A stretch of 63,799 nt of DNA, counting the filler, from Octopus bimaculoides (taxonomy: Eukaryota): the NCBI RefSeq assembly GCF_001194135.2. It is 12 parts of 12 records of this genome, joined end to end, with 100 filler letters (N's around TTAATTAATTAA, not from the genome) between each part and the next. Parts side by side here need not be neighbours in the genome. Positions count along the whole stretch, not along the records: positions 56,392 to 61,898 come from NC_068983.1; positions 61,999 to 63,799 come from NC_069000.1; 10 more parts are not named here. The stretch is one strand, 5' to 3'. This document shows, piece by piece, positions 60,122 through 63,799 of this stretch. Under the pieces are notes generated by a model. That model was not told the DNA's origin. It did no database searches and saw only the letters and a program-made list of their open reading frames with translations. Position 1 is the stretch's first letter, and each line of letters begins with the position of its first letter. The position numbers were made by a program, and so were the translations under genes.

Positions 60122-60955
60122 CTAGCTGTTATTAAACGTTCCCAGACTAATTCTGTTGCGCGCCAATAGATGTCAGCACACGGTGCATGTGCAGTAAGAA
60201 GTAGCAGTGACCTTCATAAGGCAGTGTGCCGAGTGACATATATAAATTTGTTTTTTTGTGATCACGTGTTTGCACTAGTCTGCGATTTTTCATAGACAAG
60301 ACTAAAGTGGCAATATGAAAATTTGCATTAAACTTGGGAAGTCTGCTACAAAAGCATTGAACATGCTTTGGCGAACTTACGACGATGAGATAATGAGTCG
60401 TACGGAATGTTTCGTGTAACACGGGTGGCTCAGAAGCGAAAGAACGTCCTTTGAAGACGATGTGCGATCTGGAAGACCTGCTAAGAGCGTCACCTCCAGA
60501 AATGTGAAGAAAATTCATTAGCTTGTGCATGAGAATCGTCGGAGGACAGTCAATGATATTGCTGACGTTGTTGGTCTGTCATAAGGGTCCGTGCTGACAA
60601 GCCTAACGTCAGAATTCTTCAGGACGACAATGCACCCTATCATCGAGCTGTTCTCACTCTTGAGTTTCTCGCCAAAAAACAACATCGTATAGCTTCTGCA
60701 ACCGCCCTATTTGCCAAATTTAGCACCTACGGACTTCCATCTCTTCCACAATAGGAAAATGCAGCTCAAAGGTCATCGTTCTAACTGTAAGAGTTCAAGA
60801 GCAAATCGTAGAAGGTCCTCGACTCGCTTAATGAAAAGGGCTTCCGAACCGAATTCCAAAAGTGGCAGGAACGTTGGGACCGAATGTTAAACTTAGGCAG
60901 ATAGGATATTTTTTATTAAACATAACTAGTCGAAGAACTCTTTGATACCAGCTCG
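60122..60955 (+). mobile_element. Internally deleted mariner transposon
   Basis: TA TSDs at 60120-60121 and 60956-60957; ~28-bp imperfect TIRs; KICIKLGKSATKALNML...EDDVRSGRP and DNAP...QPPYLPNLAPTDFHLF. Confidence 0.88.
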
Positions 60956-61269
60956 TAATTGTCTTACAGCTGTTTCTGCAATAAGAAACAATGAACTTGT
61001 AATTGTGTACCTGAGTATCTCCGTATAACTTCATCTGATCCTCAAACATGAAGTGCTGTTTATTTTGGAATATGTTTACAATTAACGTATACACAAATAA
61101 ACATTACCAATGATAATATATTCACGTATGTGAGAAATGAAATTGAGGAGACTGAGGGGGATGCTTTTTCTATTATTAAAATAAGATTAATTTTAAAGAG
61201 CGTATAAGAATAATCATCTCTCATCTCGCTCATTTTTCTCGCTATTTCAAGATTAACCAACTGCTTTGC

Positions 61270-61540
61270 CGTTCTGTTTAAGACCCATATTTGCGTTCAG
61301 ATCTCCCATGATGATATTAACTTCATCTGAATTGCACTGAAGTTTGTCTTCTAATGTTTGTAATGTATTGTGGGTGCATAAACAACTGTGATGATGTTAA
61401 GTAAATGCCCTAACAGTTTAAACAGCAGCAGGACACTTCCAATTCCTGACCAGTAGCCAAGGATACGTTTTTGCATATCAGGATCTAAAAGGAGTCCTAT
61501 TCCTTTTTTATATTTGTTACCACCTGCATAAATCATCTAG
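61270..61540 (-). mobile_element. LINE APE endonuclease fragment
   Basis: MIYAGGNKYKKGIGLLLD...RILGYW...VVYAPT. Confidence 0.7.
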
Positions 61541-61998
61541 AAACCATCGATGATGAAGTCATCATTATTAGGCTACCTTGGGGAATTTCAACCATGTTTC
61601 GTGGTCTGCTACCACAACAGCTCCTTTATAGGATCCAGTTAGCTGAAGACATCATCAGGAGGAACCACGTCCGGTTTCGGCCCCTACTCCTCTACCGTTT
61701 TGACGTGGCGGGGCCACCCCCTTTCGGAGGTGTCTTCAGCTGTGGTGTTGGGTGCATGTCTTCTTTCGCTGTTTGTGACTGTTCTAATTCAACTGTGGAA
61801 TGTCCCTCGCTATGGTTATTTTCCAGGAGGTTTTGGCCACACGTCTTACGGTTCATCAATCCGCGTTGTTGAATTACTTTCTTCTGACATACCTTCCCNN
61901 NNNNNNNNNNNNNNNNNNNNNNNNNNNNNNNNNNNNNNNNNNTTAATTAATTAANNNNNNNNNNNNNNNNNNNNNNNNNNNNNNNNNNNNNNNNNNNN

Positions 61999-62060
<62 letters not shown>

Positions 62061-62699
62061 GCATTACTATCATTGAATGATTTTAAGTCTCTTGCTTTGA
62101 AGAACATTCATTTGATAGATATTGTGGAGAATTCCTGTCGAAGCAAATCTTTCTAATAAATTTCCTATTTAGCATTTAACGACCTATAGCTATAATAAAT
62201 ATAATTACTGTATCCAATGTAACTACAAATTATACACACATCTTATAATATAATATCAAACGACAAAACAGAAAGTATAAATTTATTTGAAACGGCAATT
62301 GGGAAAAGTCTCTGATTTAAGAAATTACTGATAATATTCAAGCAAAACTTTATCTTCAAAATGCGAAATCGTACCCTTTATACTCAAAAATCAAGAAGTT
62401 GATACATAAGACTAAAGGTTTGCATTACAACCGAGATTTAATTAAATCATTAAAATTACATAATTGCCGTTTTAAAAATATATTTACACACACACACATA
62501 TGTGTACGTGCATGTGTGTGTATGTGTGCGTACAGAAAGAAAGAAAGATAGGGAGATTTTAGAAAAAGCTACCTTGCTTATATATATATATCGCCTTGCG
62601 CAAATACCTTCTGCTATAGCCCCGTGCTGACAAATGTCTTGTGAATAAATTTAGTAGACGAAAACTGTGAGAGGGCCCTTCAAATGTGTGTGTGTGTGT

Positions 62700-62736
<37 letters not shown>

Positions 62737-62880
62737 TTTGTGTCAGTGTTTTTTCGTTCCGCCATATAAAATAAGTACCAGACTTCAAAAACAAAACAAG
62801 AAAAAAAATAGAAGAAATACAGTGGTCAGTTTGGGCAAGTAAAATCCTTCAAGGCGGTTCCCCGGTTTGGCTGCAAATAA

Positions 62881-63076
62881 TTTATGGAATTACCTTAGGT
62901 TTCCCGTCCATAAAAGGTTTAGCTTTATGGTGTGACATCAAATCCCAAAAACACCTGTTGACGGGAAATCTAAGGTAACCCCATAAGCCGAGATGAGCCA
63001 ACAGGTTTTTGGGATCTAACGATACGCCATAAATCTAAGCCCTTTATAGATAGGAAACCTAAAGTAATTCCATAAA
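62881..63076. mobile_element. ~196-bp foldback MITE-like element
   Basis: ~80-bp imperfect inverted arms starting tttatggaattac(c/t)ttaggtttcc; extra terminal copy at 62960-62986. Confidence 0.75.
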
Positions 63077-63303
63077 CCGGCGTTCCCCAATATGTATATA
63101 TATATATATAGGTAAGTGATAGGTTTGCCTCGATCCTTCAGGGGTAGTCTGAAGCATCCAAGCAACCAGGGGATTTTTAAATCCGGAGGCATATATATAT
63201 AATTATCATGAAGGTTCCAACGAAGTCTTAACCATCGACAAGCTTTCAAAAGCTATTCTCTGTACATTTTACTTTCCAGTTGGAATACTTAGAGGAAGAC
63301 ATA

Positions 63304-63336
<33 letters not shown>

Positions 63337-63420
63337 ACCCTCTCTTTCTCTCTCTCCTTTTTTCTCTTATATTACTGAATCAAACAGTTCTAAACAGAGC
63401 AAATCAGTATAGATACTTAC

Positions 63421-63640
63421 CTTCTGGTGGCTTGTTCCAAATACCAACCTACCAGACGAGTGTTTTGCATTCACCTTACTAAACCTGGGAATTCTTTTCG
63501 CCTTGGTTATTTTTGATGTGGTCGATGTTGCTGCTGTTGTTGTTCTTACTCTTATTGTAGTGCTTGGATTCCTGTCCTTGCGGCTGCTGCTGCTGTCGCC
63601 CTTCTTTGTTTCTTCCGTGAGAGTTTGTATAACAACCATC
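63421..63640 (-). other. Candidate 5' exon of a minus-strand transcript
   Basis: Consensus donor AAG|GTAAGT at 63421/63420; unique sequence; ATG at 63639 opens 73 codons to the donor; no acceptor seen. Confidence 0.3.
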
Positions 63641-63735
63641 AACAGGAGATTGTTATAATTAAACGATAGTTCACACACGCTCATACACACATACACACAC
63701 ACACACGCATGCATATACATATACACACATGCATA

Positions 63736-63799
<64 letters not shown>

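Overview
AT-rich, gapped eukaryotic scaffold dominated by microsatellites and transposons. The SINE set and the TTAATTAATTAA gap linkers suggest an octopus (Octopus bimaculoides-type assembly); this is inference, not a database match. One host gene is well supported: a + strand spliced ankyrin-repeat gene whose coding exons at 23237-23320, 24400-24551, 26772-26919, 27733-28088, 30980-31016, 31499-31708, 32483-32658 and 34441-34534 join in phase with GT-AG boundaries into a 418-aa protein. It resembles the ankyrin block of Mind bomb (MIB1/MIB2) E3 ligases, but no MZM/REP region or RING finger is visible. The rest is a transposon graveyard: RTE LINEs (one near full length with three C2H2 fingers), Tx1/L1-type and R4/Dong-like LINE fragments, Penelope-like elements with hammerhead-like motifs, mariner, hAT and pogo-type relics, Helentron-type HINEs, a foldback family with TTAGGG cores, four tRNA-derived SINE families, and several unexplained palindromes. 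No prokaryotic features, CRISPR arrays, rRNA or genuine tRNA genes are seen. About a tenth of the window is N. All alignments and folds were done by eye.
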